A stretch of DNA of 64,000 nucleotides from Nibricoccus sp. (GTDB lineage Bacteria; Verrucomicrobiota; Verrucomicrobiia; Opitutales; Opitutaceae): positions 4,544,001-4,608,000 of the forward strand of contig JASGHG010000001.1 in assembly GCA_047602425.1 (NCBI GenBank), read 5' to 3'. The position numbers and the translations under genes were made by a program. Positions 51,575 to 61,733 of this stretch are shown piece after piece. The notes below the pieces were generated by a model. The model ran no database searches, was not told the DNA's origin, and saw only the letters and a list, made by a program, of their open reading frames with translations. The first letter of the stretch is position 1. Every line of letters begins with the position of its first letter.

Positions 51575-52156
51575 CTATTTCTTCCCAATGATCGAGCCCT
51601 CGAATTCGATTCGGGGGTCGGTGACATTCACGAGTTCGTTGAGTTCGTAGACATTCCGATAACCATATCCGTATAAATTGATATAGGTCGGAATATTCAA
51701 CGCCATCATGCGGGGCTTGCTTTGGGCAGAGATTTGCGTGGCGACTGCGTTGGTTGGTTTTGGGCGCGGGAACGCGATCTTGGAGGCGAAGTCGACCTGG
51801 TTGCCTTCGAAGTTATTATTGCAATAAATGAGGATCGTCGTGTCGAACGACGGGATCGTTTTCGCAAGGCTGTCCTGAGTGAAGTCAGTGAAGGCGAGAT
51901 GGCGGGCGCCTTTGACATGCACGCGGTCGTAGCGAAACGCCGAGCGCGAATCCAGAATGATAACGCCTGGTTCCTTGCTCATCTTCAGGAAAGTATTGAG
52001 GTCAATGAGGCGAGCGGCGCGGTGGGCTTCCACCTCGGCCACGAGGTCCTTGAAGTCGTCGAAGTTGACCTTGGCCTTCGGGTAGTTCGCGCCCTCGGCC
52101 AATCCAAGACTGGCTGCGGCAAATATGCACAAGATGGTGAATACTTTTGTTTTCAT
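51575..52156 (-). CDS. Secreted rhodanese-like domain protein
   Basis: Start ATG 52156; signal peptide; ILDSRS...HVKGA, ILIYCNNNF, GYRNVYEL. Confidence 0.85.
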   Translation of the reverse strand: MKTKVFTILCIFAAASLGLAEGANYPKAKVNFDDFKDLVAEVEAHRAARLIDLNTFLKMSKEPGVIILDSRSAFRYDRVHVKGARHLAFTDFTQDSLAKTIPSFDTTILIYCNNNFEGNQVDFASKIAFPRPKPTNAVATQISAQSKPRMMALNIPTYINLYGYGYRNVYELNELVNVTDPRIEFEGSIIGKK

Positions 52157-52213
52157 CGTGGACGCTTTCGCAGTTTGGCGATTTCGGACACAGGTGGTGA
52201 AAAGGTTAGGAAA

Positions 52214-52295
52214 TTTGAACACAAAGGACGCCAAGGAACGCAAAGAGGGAAGTGCGAACACTTCTTTGCGTCTCTTCGTGATCTTGGTGTTCAAA
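52214..52295. repeat. Intergenic REP-like hairpin built of degenerate 9-mer units
   Basis: TTTGAACACAAAG GACGCCAAG GAACGCAAAGA ... CTTTGCGTC TCTTCGTGA TCTTGGTGTTCAAA; related half-elements at 48771-48805 and 54378-54409. Confidence 0.7.
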
Positions 52296-52347
52296 ATGAT
52301 CGGGATGGCCGATCTGAGCTTTTTTTCTCAGCGCAACAGAGCGCACT

Positions 52348-54366
52348 TCAAACCGTCTTGGCGGGAGCAGGCTTTTTGAAGCTCCGCCAGTTTTCCAGAG
52401 GGATCAGGGCGACGGCGATGATGAGGACCTGGCTGATGCCAAAGGCGACCAGCCACCAAAAGGCCTGGTCCATGAAGCCGTAGCTGTGCAGGCCGACGCC
52501 GAGCATGTTGACGCCGAACCAGCTCCAAGCGGTTACAACGTTGCCGAAAACGGCGAGCGCCATGAGTCCGCGGGATTTGACGATGCCGCCCCAGCGGCAG
52601 TGGAGCGTGATCGCGCACCAAATCACGATGATGAGCGCGCCATTTTCCTTCGGATCCCAACCCCAGAAACGACCCCATGATTGGTCGGCCCAGATGCCGC
52701 CGAGGATCGTGCCGACGGCACTGAACAACGTGGCGAAGCAGACGATGCCGTATACCATTCGGGTGAGAGCCTGGCCGTTGGTTTCGTCTTTGACGGCTGT
52801 GGCGCGCGCGGCGATAGCGGCCCCAGGCGAAAGGGGCGCGATAACCAACGCGCTATTGGGGTTAAACTTCTTTTGAAGCCAAGTGGAAGAGAGCCCCATC
52901 ACAATATAGATAATGCCGAGGAACCCGGCCAGGAACATGGCGCCGTAGCCAATCGTGATGCTCACGACATGGGTGCCGAGCCAGAAGTTGGAGTCGAGGA
53001 CAGCGCGCATCATTTCCATGGTGTCACCGCTCAACGAAAGATGGTGGGCGATGATCAAGGCGATGAAACCGGCCGTGCCGGCGGCGACGATGCCGATCGC
53101 ATTCTTGAAAAACGTCTCAAGGATGAGGCAAAGCGCAACGGCGACCCAACAGATGCCGAGGGCCGACGAGTAGAGATTGGTCACGGGCGCGTAGCCGCCG
53201 ATCCACATGCGAGTGCCAATGCCGACGGTAGTAATCACCCAGGCGAGGGCGACGAGATAAAAGCCGGATCGGCGGAGCGTTTCGGGCCAGAGAAGCCAGG
53301 AGCCGACGCCGCAGAGAAAGGCGAGTACGAAAAGGGTGATGCTGCTATAAAATGGTTCGGCGACGTTGAAAGTGCGCTCGGCGTCGCTTTTCTTCAGCTG
53401 TGCGGGAAAATTCTTTTCGAGTTCCACGCGATAGAGACGGATGATCTCGTTGAACTCCTTGGGTTGGTTGTTGCGCCAGGTATGGGCGAGACCGGCGTAG
53501 ACGAGCGCGGCGGGATCGATGCGGCCGGTTTCGAAAGTGCTGAGCAGCGCGTCGCCGGTTTTGCGCCAGGCGTTGGGTTTGGCCGGATCGGCGGTGGGAA
53601 TTGCGAGCAGTGAGCCTTGCGAAGAGAGGAATTCGAAACGACTGCGGGCATTCGTCACAGCTTTGATCGCCGCCTCGTCATGCGGTTTGCTGTCGGCCTG
53701 CAGGCGCGCAGCCTCGACGGCTTTGCCGAGATCGGCGTGGAACTGCGTGAGTTCATCGAGGAAGTCGGGACTTTCTGGCAGGACGAGGCTGTATTGGAGC
53801 TGCTGATACGTGATGAGATCGCTGTAAAGCTTAAGCACGGCCTTCTGGAAGGCGTTGCGTTGGGCGGATTCGACCTCATTGGCAAGACGAGCCTGGCGTT
53901 CGATCTCGGCGACCTGTGGTTTCAGACGGTCGAACGAAAAGCGGGCGCGGGTCGAGGGCAGGAAACCGAAGATAGCCAACACGCGCTTGGCCGGACTGTC
54001 GTAATTGATTTTGGTTTCTGCCTCGCCGATGCCGACGAGCGCAAGCAGTTCAGGGGAATCGATGCGGAAGGTTGGAAAAGTGTTGGCGCGGGCGGAATCG
54101 AAGCAGGCGATGGCGAGCCATTCGACAGGCGAAGCGGCGAACGGTTGGCTGACGGACGGATCGCTGACGCGTTGCCGGCTCTGGATGGTGAGCAACGTGG
54201 TGCGGGCAACGGTATCCAGCGGCTTGATACGACCGTTGACGAGGGCTGGGAGGCGGCCGAAGCCATCGAGGTCGAAGTCGCTGGCTGCCTTACGGGAAGA
54301 GAGGAGGGGTTTCGCGGCGATATAAAGACCGACGAAGAGGACGAGAAAAGGGAGGAGACGTTTCAT
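52348..54366 (-). CDS. ccsA: Cytochrome c biogenesis protein CcsA (system II) with large periplasmic domain
   Basis: Start ATG 54366; GRIKPLDT, PVTNLYSS, WLGTHV, WADQSWGRFWGWDPKE (WWD), GLHSY. Confidence 0.92.
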   Translation of the reverse strand: MKRLLPFLVLFVGLYIAAKPLLSSRKAASDFDLDGFGRLPALVNGRIKPLDTVARTTLLTIQSRQRVSDPSVSQPFAASPVEWLAIACFDSARANTFPTFRIDSPELLALVGIGEAETKINYDSPAKRVLAIFGFLPSTRARFSFDRLKPQVAEIERQARLANEVESAQRNAFQKAVLKLYSDLITYQQLQYSLVLPESPDFLDELTQFHADLGKAVEAARLQADSKPHDEAAIKAVTNARSRFEFLSSQGSLLAIPTADPAKPNAWRKTGDALLSTFETGRIDPAALVYAGLAHTWRNNQPKEFNEIIRLYRVELEKNFPAQLKKSDAERTFNVAEPFYSSITLFVLAFLCGVGSWLLWPETLRRSGFYLVALAWVITTVGIGTRMWIGGYAPVTNLYSSALGICWVAVALCLILETFFKNAIGIVAAGTAGFIALIIAHHLSLSGDTMEMMRAVLDSNFWLGTHVVSITIGYGAMFLAGFLGIIYIVMGLSSTWLQKKFNPNSALVIAPLSPGAAIAARATAVKDETNGQALTRMVYGIVCFATLFSAVGTILGGIWADQSWGRFWGWDPKENGALIIVIWCAITLHCRWGGIVKSRGLMALAVFGNVVTAWSWFGVNMLGVGLHSYGFMDQAFWWLVAFGISQVLIIAVALIPLENWRSFKKPAPAKTV

Positions 54367-54429
54367 GGTGGAATGTTTTTTAACCACGGAGTTCACGGAG
54401 ACGCATGGATGTCATTTTCATGATGCGAA

Positions 54430-55596
54430 TCAGGTTTTGGCAGCGGCGCGTTTTTGGATGAAGAAAAAGAGGCTGATGCCGAACTGGACGACAAGGCCAA
54501 TGGACATGAGGATACAGGCGATGTAGGGCAGCTGGCGGCCGGGGTTGCGGACGACCTGGAGGACGGTGGTGCGGTCGTTGTTTTCGAAACCCGCCTGATA
54601 GAAGGTGAGACCGGCGTGGCGAAGCGGGTTGTTCATGTAGATGAGCGTTTCACGGTCGGTTTTGCCATCAGGGGTGCGGAGGCGGACTTTGCTGGAAAAA
54701 TTTTTCGGAATCTCGGTGCCGGCGTATTTGTCGTGGCTGAATTTCAGCAGCGTGAGCGAGAATGGCTTGTAGAGTCGCGCGGGGCGCAGCGTGAGTTTCC
54801 AGGTTTTTCCCTCGTGGGTGAACGACTGCTGGCTGGCCAGAACGAGCGAGACGAGCCAGGTGCCGAGCGACGTGTTGCCGGCGCCGACGAGTTCGATCGA
54901 GGCCGCGGGGAGGTTGCGCTCATTGGGCTTGTAAGTAACCGGTTGGGGTGTGACGGCGACCTCTGCACCAATGCCGGTTGTGGCCATCGGAGGGGGAGGG
55001 TTGCTCATCTGGTTCCGCATCTGGATTTCGGCGTTGGGAAAATAAGCGCGCACAACGACGCGGAAGGGCAGGCCGGGATGCTGGATGGGATTACCCTTGG
55101 CGAGTAGTTTGGCCGGGATGGCAATTACCTGATCGAAATCCGGGTTGGTGGTGTCGATGATGGCGAGTTCGTTTTCGAGCGGACTGTCAGAAAAGTTGCT
55201 GGTCTGGCCCTCGTCGAGGCGCATCTGGAAATCCTCCTGGAGAAGTCCGCTGATGAGTTCGCCGAGCAGCAAAAGCACAAGCCCGAGGTGGGTGAGGTGA
55301 ATGCCGAGTTTTCTCCAGGTGAGTTTGAAACGATAGACGAACGCGGCCGAAAGGTTGAGGAAAAGCAGTCCGCCGATCAAATAGCCACCGGGAAAAACCG
55401 GCAAGGCCAGCTGGCTTCCCGCTGGGCGCAGGTACACGAAGAACGTGCGGAAGTATTTTTCCTGCACGGCCCAGATGCCGAGATTGACCTGGTCGAGCGT
55501 CGCCACGAAGACGAGCACGAGGGACAGGATCAGCAGCACCACGGTGAGCTGCATGGAGGTGAAGAAGCGGACAAGATGGCTCCAGATTTTGCTCAT
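54430..55596 (-). CDS. Cytochrome c biogenesis protein ResB/CcsB-like
   Basis: N-terminal TMs, GIHLTHLG, PKNFSS, IYMNNPLRHAGLTFYQ, VVRNPG; directly upstream of ccsA. Confidence 0.88.
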   Translation of the reverse strand: MSKIWSHLVRFFTSMQLTVVLLILSLVLVFVATLDQVNLGIWAVQEKYFRTFFVYLRPAGSQLALPVFPGGYLIGGLLFLNLSAAFVYRFKLTWRKLGIHLTHLGLVLLLLGELISGLLQEDFQMRLDEGQTSNFSDSPLENELAIIDTTNPDFDQVIAIPAKLLAKGNPIQHPGLPFRVVVRAYFPNAEIQMRNQMSNPPPPMATTGIGAEVAVTPQPVTYKPNERNLPAASIELVGAGNTSLGTWLVSLVLASQQSFTHEGKTWKLTLRPARLYKPFSLTLLKFSHDKYAGTEIPKNFSSKVRLRTPDGKTDRETLIYMNNPLRHAGLTFYQAGFENNDRTTVLQVVRNPGRQLPYIACILMSIGLVVQFGISLFFFIQKRAAAKT

Positions 55597-55599
55597 GGC

Positions 55600-56730
55600 T
55601 CAGCGGGTTTTGACGCTTTTGAGAAATTCGACGAAGGCGGGTTTTTGCGAGGCCACGGTGGCTTCGGGTCCGCTCAATTTGAAAAACCACGCCTCATCGC
55701 CAAGGTAGAGGATGCCGCCAAGGACGCGGTTGGCATTGTTGGCGTAATCGATCATGGTGATTTTCAGGTCGCCGACGGCGAGGGCCGTCGTTTGGGCGGA
55801 GAGATCGGTTTCGGCCAGCGGCGCGAGCCCGATCTGGCGGCGCCAGCGGTTGATGTTTTCGAGGAGAGGATTGGCCTTCGCTGAGAGCATCGTGACGGAA
55901 AGGTCGGCGTCGCCCGCGGAACCGGGAACCGTGTAGCTGCCCTTGCGCATCTGGCCGAGCGGCTTGGCGGTCCAGCCGGCGGGCGCGGTCCAGACAAGGG
56001 GATTGTCGCTTGCGGGTGGAGGCGGGACGTCGCCGGACATCATGCCTGAAGGCGGCATGGCGGGCGCGCCGGCGCCGGCTGTGGCGGGCATGTTACCGGC
56101 ATTGACTGGTTCGGTTGAGGGAGCGGACGCAGGCTCGGTGAAAGCGACGGTGCGGAGAAAGGCGAGGAGATTGTCGCGTTGCCCGCCGACCGTGGCTTCG
56201 TCGCCCGTGATCTTGAAGAACCACGTGTGATCGGGCTGCTTGAGCCAGGCGCCGAGGATGCGAGCCTTGAATTTACCGTCGAGGAGTGGTTCGGTGCTGG
56301 TGATGTCGATCAGTTGAAATTTGCCAGTGGGCAAATCGAGGGAAGTGATGGCGGAGGGAAGTTCGGCTTCGGAAATGGGCGGGAGCTGGATCTGGCCGCG
56401 CCAACGGTTGACATTGGCGAAATCGCCGCCGACGTCGCCTGGAAATGCGGTTACCGCGAGTTCGGTGTTTACACCGTCTTTTTCCCCGAGGAGGAAACTG
56501 GCCACGCGCATGCTTTTGCCTGTTTGCTCCTGCCAGGCGTCGGGCTTTTGCCAGGTGAGCCCGGCGCGAGGTTTGTTCGAAACGGTCATGCCCGGGGACG
56601 GGGACGTCTGAGCGGGGGCGGGCGACTCCGATTCCTTGGCGATGCGGTAGCTGCGAATCTTGGGTTCTCGGCAGCTGGTGAAGGTGAGCAGGCAGGCAAC
56701 CGGCAGGGCTAACAAGATGCGTTTAAACAT
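55600..56730 (-). CDS. Hypothetical lipoprotein with internally duplicated domain
   Basis: Lipobox-like FTSC; two copies of W..P..W...MR..S...N(V/I)NRWR.QI.L.P...WFFK..G. Confidence 0.8.
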   Translation of the reverse strand: MFKRILLALPVACLLTFTSCREPKIRSYRIAKESESPAPAQTSPSPGMTVSNKPRAGLTWQKPDAWQEQTGKSMRVASFLLGEKDGVNTELAVTAFPGDVGGDFANVNRWRGQIQLPPISEAELPSAITSLDLPTGKFQLIDITSTEPLLDGKFKARILGAWLKQPDHTWFFKITGDEATVGGQRDNLLAFLRTVAFTEPASAPSTEPVNAGNMPATAGAGAPAMPPSGMMSGDVPPPPASDNPLVWTAPAGWTAKPLGQMRKGSYTVPGSAGDADLSVTMLSAKANPLLENINRWRRQIGLAPLAETDLSAQTTALAVGDLKITMIDYANNANRVLGGILYLGDEAWFFKLSGPEATVASQKPAFVEFLKSVKTR

Positions 56731-56836
56731 GTGCGCTGAAGATTTCGGGCGGTGTGGAGAAATTCAACTCTAACTGGACGACGCACGGCACGCAAACGGC
56801 GTCATTAGGAAAATATGTCGTGGATCAAGGCGGCTA

Positions 56837-57769
56837 TCAGGATGTTTTCTTGCTGACCGGGCGCTCGGAGGTGGCGACGGCGACTTCGAGGAACGCCGCC
56901 AACGCGGGATCGGGCTGGGGCTTCTGACGCCAGCCGAGTACAAGTCGGCTTTCGGGGGCGTGGCCGCTCAAAGGGCAAAACCGCACGTCTCCCGGCAGTT
57001 GTTTGGCTTCGGATGGGGTGATGAACGTCGCCCCCAAACCGGCGCGGACGAGTCCGATGCCATTGGCGCGTGGCCAGACCTCTTCGGCGATGTGCGGAGT
57101 TACGCCTGCGGCGGCAAAAGCGGCCAAAATCCGGTCGTAAAAACCAGTGTTCAGTCCGCGGGGAAAAAGTACGAACGGTGTGCTCGCGAGGTCGCGCAGA
57201 CGAAGCGAAGTTTTTTTCGCAAGAGCGTGGTCGGCGGGAAGGAGAATGCCGTTGCGCTCACGCAACAGAACATGCGTGCGGAGTTCGGGCGTCGGCGCGT
57301 CGGGGTGAAAAAAGCCGCAGGAAATTTCTCCCGCTTGCAAGGCCTTGAGTTGGGCCGCCGTGGGAGATTCGTTGAGCTCCACGCGAATGCCGGGATGGCG
57401 CTTGCTGAACTCGCGCAAAATCCCCGGCAACACCGTGGCCATGGCGAGGCCGGTAAAGGCAACACGAACGTGCCCGGTTTGACCTGCGGCCATCGCGGCG
57501 ATTTCGCCGGGAATATTGGCGAGCGAACGCAGGAGTGGCTCGATGCGTTCCAGCAGGGCGGCGCCGGCGGGCGTCAGCTCGACCTTGCGGCGCGAACGCG
57601 TGAGCAAGTCGGCGCCGAGGGCTTGCTCGAGTTGGGCAATCTGGCGGCTCAAAGCGGGTTGTGCGATCGCGAGTGCCTCGGCGGCCTTGCGGAAATGCAA
57701 TTGTAGACCGACTTCGCGGAAATAAACGAGGTGGCGCAACTCGAACGGAAATTGATACTCACGAGGCAT
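56837..57769 (-). CDS. LysR-family transcriptional regulator
   Basis: Likely start ATG 57769; ELRHLVYF...[29 protein letters not shown]. Confidence 0.93.
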   Translation of the reverse strand: MPREYQFPFELRHLVYFREVGLQLHFRKAAEALAIAQPALSRQIAQLEQALGADLLTRSRRKVELTPAGAALLERIEPLLRSLANIPGEIAAMAAGQTGHVRVAFTGLAMATVLPGILREFSKRHPGIRVELNESPTAAQLKALQAGEISCGFFHPDAPTPELRTHVLLRERNGILLPADHALAKKTSLRLRDLASTPFVLFPRGLNTGFYDRILAAFAAAGVTPHIAEEVWPRANGIGLVRAGLGATFITPSEAKQLPGDVRFCPLSGHAPESRLVLGWRQKPQPDPALAAFLEVAVATSERPVSKKTS

Positions 57770-57865
57770 CACAGACGATGAAACAAGTATTTCCCGGCAT
57801 GGCAAACTTTTGGTATATTTCGGCCTTCGTATTCCATTTTCGTTCCTCAAAAACCTTTCTCTACC

Positions 57866-59278
57866 ATGGCAAAATCGCTCTTCCAAAAAGTCTGGGACGC
57901 CCACACCGTCCGCAAGCTGGCCAATGGCCAGACGCAATTGCTGATCGGCACGCACCTGATTCACGAAGTCACCAGCCCGCAGGCCTTCGGCATGCTGCGC
58001 GACCTGAAGCTTCCGGTCGCCATGCCGCACCGCACGTTTGCGACGGTCGATCATATTGTCCCTACCGATCAGTTCGCCGAGCCGTACGCCGATCCGCTGG
58101 CTCAGGCCATGATGAACGAACTGCGCAAAAACTGCGCGCAATTCGGTATCACTTTCTTTGACCGCGGCACGGGCAAGCAGGGCATCGTGCACATCGTCGG
58201 CCCCGAGCAGGGCATCACGCAGCCCGGTACGACGATCGCTTGCGGCGACTCGCACACCTCCACGCACGGTGCGTTTGGCGCGGTGGCGTTCGGCATCGGC
58301 ACGACGCAGATCCGCGACGTGCTCGCTACGCAGACGATGGCGCTCGGCGAACTCAAAGTCCGTCGCATCGAGGTCAACGGCAAGCTCCGCCCTGGCGTTT
58401 ATGCGAAGGATGTCATTCTCCACATCATCCGCACGCTCGGCGTGAACGGTGGCACGGGTTACGCGTACGAGTACGCGGGCAACGTGTTCGACGGTTTCAC
58501 GATGGAAGAGCGCATGACCGTGTGCAACATGTCCATCGAAGGCGGCGCGCGCGTCGGCTACGTCAATCCCGACGAAACAACCTTTGCCTATCTCCAAGGC
58601 CGTCCATACTCGCCGAAAGGCGCGGCTTGGGACGAAGCGGTCGCGCGTTGGAAATCCTTCGCGAGCGACAAGGGCTGCCACTACGACGACGTCGTTAAAA
58701 TCGACGCCGCCACGATCGAGCCGACCGTCACTTGGGGCATCAATCCCGGCCAGGGACTCGGCGTCAACGAATGCATTCCTGATCCGACCAAAGCGAAGGA
58801 CGTTGACGAAAAAGCCTCCATTGAAGAAGCGCTCGCTTACATGAAATTGAAGCCCGGTGCTCCGATCAAAGGCACCAAGATCGATGTCGCATTTCTCGGC
58901 TCTTGCACCAATGGACGCCTCAGCGATTTCCAGGAAGTTGCCCGCTACATCAAAGGCAAGAAGGTCGCCAAAGGCATCAAGGCGATCGCTGTGCCCGGTT
59001 CGCAAATCGTGGCGCTTCAGTGCGAAAAACTCGGTCTCGACAAGATTCTATCCGAAGCCGGTTTCGAGTGGCGCGCTGCTGGTTGCTCGATGTGTCTCGC
59101 GATGAATCCTGACAAACTCATTGGCGACCAAGTCTCCGCCAGCTCGTCGAACCGCAACTTCAAGGGCCGCCAAGGCAGCCCGACCGGCCGCACGATTCTC
59201 ATGAGCCCGCTCATGGTCGCCGCCGCTGCCGTCACCGGTGTCGTGAGCGATGCACGAGAAGTCTTCGCGGTGAACTAA
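57866..59278 (+). CDS. leuC: 3-isopropylmalate dehydratase large subunit
   Basis: [45 protein letters not shown]. Confidence 0.95.
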   Translation: MAKSLFQKVWDAHTVRKLANGQTQLLIGTHLIHEVTSPQAFGMLRDLKLPVAMPHRTFATVDHIVPTDQFAEPYADPLAQAMMNELRKNCAQFGITFFDRGTGKQGIVHIVGPEQGITQPGTTIACGDSHTSTHGAFGAVAFGIGTTQIRDVLATQTMALGELKVRRIEVNGKLRPGVYAKDVILHIIRTLGVNGGTGYAYEYAGNVFDGFTMEERMTVCNMSIEGGARVGYVNPDETTFAYLQGRPYSPKGAAWDEAVARWKSFASDKGCHYDDVVKIDAATIEPTVTWGINPGQGLGVNECIPDPTKAKDVDEKASIEEALAYMKLKPGAPIKGTKIDVAFLGSCTNGRLSDFQEVARYIKGKKVAKGIKAIAVPGSQIVALQCEKLGLDKILSEAGFEWRAAGCSMCLAMNPDKLIGDQVSASSSNRNFKGRQGSPTGRTILMSPLMVAAAAVTGVVSDAREVFAVN

Positions 59279-59292
59279 CCGCGAAGACCGTT

Positions 59293-59376
59293 GAAGAGGG
59301 AAGTTGAAGTTTAGGTTCAAACAACTGTTTCGACTTCCCGCTAACTTCTTAAACTTACACTTCCAACTTAAACTTT
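59293..59376. repeat. Intergenic degenerate hexamer repeats in inverted orientation
   Basis: GAAGTT GAAGTT TAGGTT ... AACTTC TT AAACTT ACACTT CCAACTT AAACTT. Confidence 0.6.
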
Positions 59377-59383
59377 ATAAAAA

Positions 59384-59986
59384 ATGGCTCTCGCAAAAAT
59401 CACTCAAGTCACCGGCCGCGCCGTGTGCGTTCCCGGCAACGACATCGACACCGATCGCATCATCCCGGCTCGCTTCATGAAGTGCGTTTCGTTCGATGGA
59501 CTCGGCGAATTCCTTTTCTACGACGTGCGCAAAAACGAAGACGGTTCCAACAAGCAGCACCCGCTCAACGAGCCCCGTTTCCAAGGCGCCACGATCCTTC
59601 TTTCCGGCGCAAACTTCGGTTGCGGTTCTTCCCGTGAACACGCGCCCCAGGCGATTCAGAAATACGGCTTTCGCGCAATCATCGCGGAAAACTACGCTGA
59701 AATTTTCTTCGGCAATTCGACTACGCTTGGCATGCCTTGTGTATGCGCGAGCCGCGAAGATATCGCCAAGATCGCTGCCGCGGTTGAAGCAAATCCGCAG
59801 TTGGAAGTCGTCGTCGACGTCGCCGCGCAGGAAGTTCGTTTTGGCGGCCAAAAGATCAAAACCACGCAGCGCGAAAGCGCCCGCGACGCGCTGATCAATG
59901 GCCGTTGGGATTCGATTGGCGAACTGCTCGACGGCAAAGACGCCGTTGCCGCGTTGACCAAGAAGCTGCCGTACTTGGCGGCTTGA
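59384..59986 (+). CDS. leuD: 3-isopropylmalate dehydratase small subunit
   Basis: DIDTDRIIPARF, NFGCGSSREHAP, AEIFFGN. Confidence 0.95.
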   Translation: MALAKITQVTGRAVCVPGNDIDTDRIIPARFMKCVSFDGLGEFLFYDVRKNEDGSNKQHPLNEPRFQGATILLSGANFGCGSSREHAPQAIQKYGFRAIIAENYAEIFFGNSTTLGMPCVCASREDIAKIAAAVEANPQLEVVVDVAAQEVRFGGQKIKTTQRESARDALINGRWDSIGELLDGKDAVAALTKKLPYLAA

Positions 59987-59997
59987 TGATTATTTTC

Positions 59998-60027
59998 AGC
60001 AAGCGGAGATGGACTCCTCCGCTTGCT
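59998..60027 (+). terminator. Stem-loop after leuD (possible terminator)
   Basis: AGCAAGCGGAG / CTCCGCTTGCT 11-bp perfect stem; weak T tail. Confidence 0.55.
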
Positions 60028-60146
60028 CTGTTCGTGGCAAAACCTATTTTCCCGGCGTCAACTCTCCGCGGAGAAACTTAGATCAAACTTTTTGAACCCT
60101 TTTTTCGTTTGGCGAGTCAGAGGAGGAGTCCTATTCATTCAACCTT

Positions 60147-60773
60147 ATGATTCTTGCTGCTGTTGACCTGATACGCCTTGTGAGTTCGGCCGGTATTCTG
60201 GCCTACGTACTCGGCACGCTTTCTTTCATTGCCGTTTTCATTATCTGCGAACGCGCCGTCGCCCTCCGCAAAGCGGCAATTATCCCGCAGGAATTGGTAG
60301 ACGCTGCCTTGCAGGGGAAATTTTACCAGGACACCACCTTTAACGATAAAGCGTCGGCTCTCGGTCGCATTATTCAATTTGTCGAACAGCATCCCGGCGA
60401 TGTCGACGGCGCCAAGGCCTACGCTCGACTGGAAGTCATCAAGATGGAGCGAGGCGTCAGCTACCTCGACGTTATCTATACCGCTGCGCCGCTCATCGGC
60501 CTCATCGGTACGGTGTTCGGTCTCATCAGCGCCTTTAACGTGATCGATCCCGAAACCAAGATGCCCGAGCCTGTGCAATTCACGCACAGCGTCGGTTATG
60601 CACTCTCGGCGACGATGATCGGCCTTGTTGTCGCTTTGATCGCCCTCGGCGGAAATGGTTACCTGCAACGCAGAATCGATCACCACGCCGCGCGCCTTGA
60701 TGTATTGCTTGAACGAATACTCGCGCAGAAAAACACGCCAGCCACCGCCGGCGAAAAAGAACTCGTCCAATGA
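60147..60773 (+). CDS. MotA/TolQ/ExbB proton channel family protein
   Basis: IICER, APLIGLIGTVFGLISAF, ALSATMIGLVVA. Confidence 0.9.
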   Translation: MILAAVDLIRLVSSAGILAYVLGTLSFIAVFIICERAVALRKAAIIPQELVDAALQGKFYQDTTFNDKASALGRIIQFVEQHPGDVDGAKAYARLEVIKMERGVSYLDVIYTAAPLIGLIGTVFGLISAFNVIDPETKMPEPVQFTHSVGYALSATMIGLVVALIALGGNGYLQRRIDHHAARLDVLLERILAQKNTPATAGEKELVQ

Positions 60774-61180
60774 GCAGCGTCAGCGGACTCCGCAGTAGAA
60801 AACGGCACCGCCCCGAATTACCGCTGGTGCCTCTCATCGACGTGCTCGTGATGCTCGTGCTCTTCGCCTTTGTCGCGATGCGTTTTTCCACCAACACGAC
60901 GCTTAACATCACACTCCCCAAAGCCGAAACTGCCGGCAAAAACGAATTCAAGGGCAACGTTGTCGTAGAGATCAGCAAGGACGGTAAATTCAGCTTTAAC
61001 GGCAAAGAGGCTTCCGAAGCGCAACTCGTCGACCTTCTGAAAAACGTGAAGCAAATCGACAAGGATATTCCTGTCCTCGTGAGCGCCGACGAGAAAGCCA
61101 CTTGGGACAAAATTACTTTCGCAATGGATACCTGCCGTAAAGTCGGCCTGACGAAGTTTAGTATGCAGACGCGCCAGTGA
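60770..61180 (+). CDS. ExbD/TolR family protein
   Basis: LVPLIDVLVMLVLF, ITLPKA, SADE; ATGA overlap with the upstream gene. Confidence 0.9.
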   Translation: MSSVSGLRSRKRHRPELPLVPLIDVLVMLVLFAFVAMRFSTNTTLNITLPKAETAGKNEFKGNVVVEISKDGKFSFNGKEASEAQLVDLLKNVKQIDKDIPVLVSADEKATWDKITFAMDTCRKVGLTKFSMQTRQ

Positions 61181-61231
61181 GCGCGGTGGACTGAGGCCTG
61201 AGATTTTGCCGAAGCCGTATTTGGCTCAGTG

Positions 61232-61643
61232 TTATTCGTTAAGATAGAAAACGAAATCGCGGCTTTCCAGCCGCGGAGACGCCGGACCGAGCTTGAGTGC
61301 GCGGCGCAGTTCGTTGCCACTGACGGCCTTTAAAAGGCTTATTCGGTCGCCTTCAAAAACGGCGACGAGTGTATTGCAATCCTTCGGGTTGGCGCCAGCC
61401 GGACGCACGATGCAGTCCCAGTAAATCCAGGCCTTATTGCCAATATGTTCGTCTGGTTCGCCGAGGACACGCAGCAGTTGCTCGCGGCTCCACTCGGGCA
61501 ATGCCGGCGTCCTCCATCGCGCGCCGTCGCGGAGCGACGGAAGCGACGACAGGTTCCGTCGCCGCCGCCCGCATTTCCAACAAAAATGCGAGTGGAAGTG
61601 CCAGGAACACGGCGAAAATCAGACGAAGGGAAGGATTTTTCAT
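61232..61643 (-). pseudogene. Frameshifted small secreted protein (or sequencing indel)
   Basis: Signal-peptide ORF from ATG 61643 switches frame near 61490-61500 into SREQLLRVLGEPD...WIYW. Confidence 0.6.
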
Positions 61644-61733
61644 GACGACGAATGCCAGAGTTGATCAAAGCGTCCGGCCAAAGCAGCGGCTGCGATGCCT
61701 CAGGCACCGTGTCGTTTTGGCTCTGGGAGGTTG

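Noticed and set aside
57770..57865. LysR T-N11-A box
   Set aside because: Only weak partial dyads were seen; a site cannot be assigned with confidence.
57770..59005. Apparent 722-aa LysR with long N-terminal extension
   Set aside because: The extension is antisense to leuC; the LysR HTH begins right after ATG 57769.
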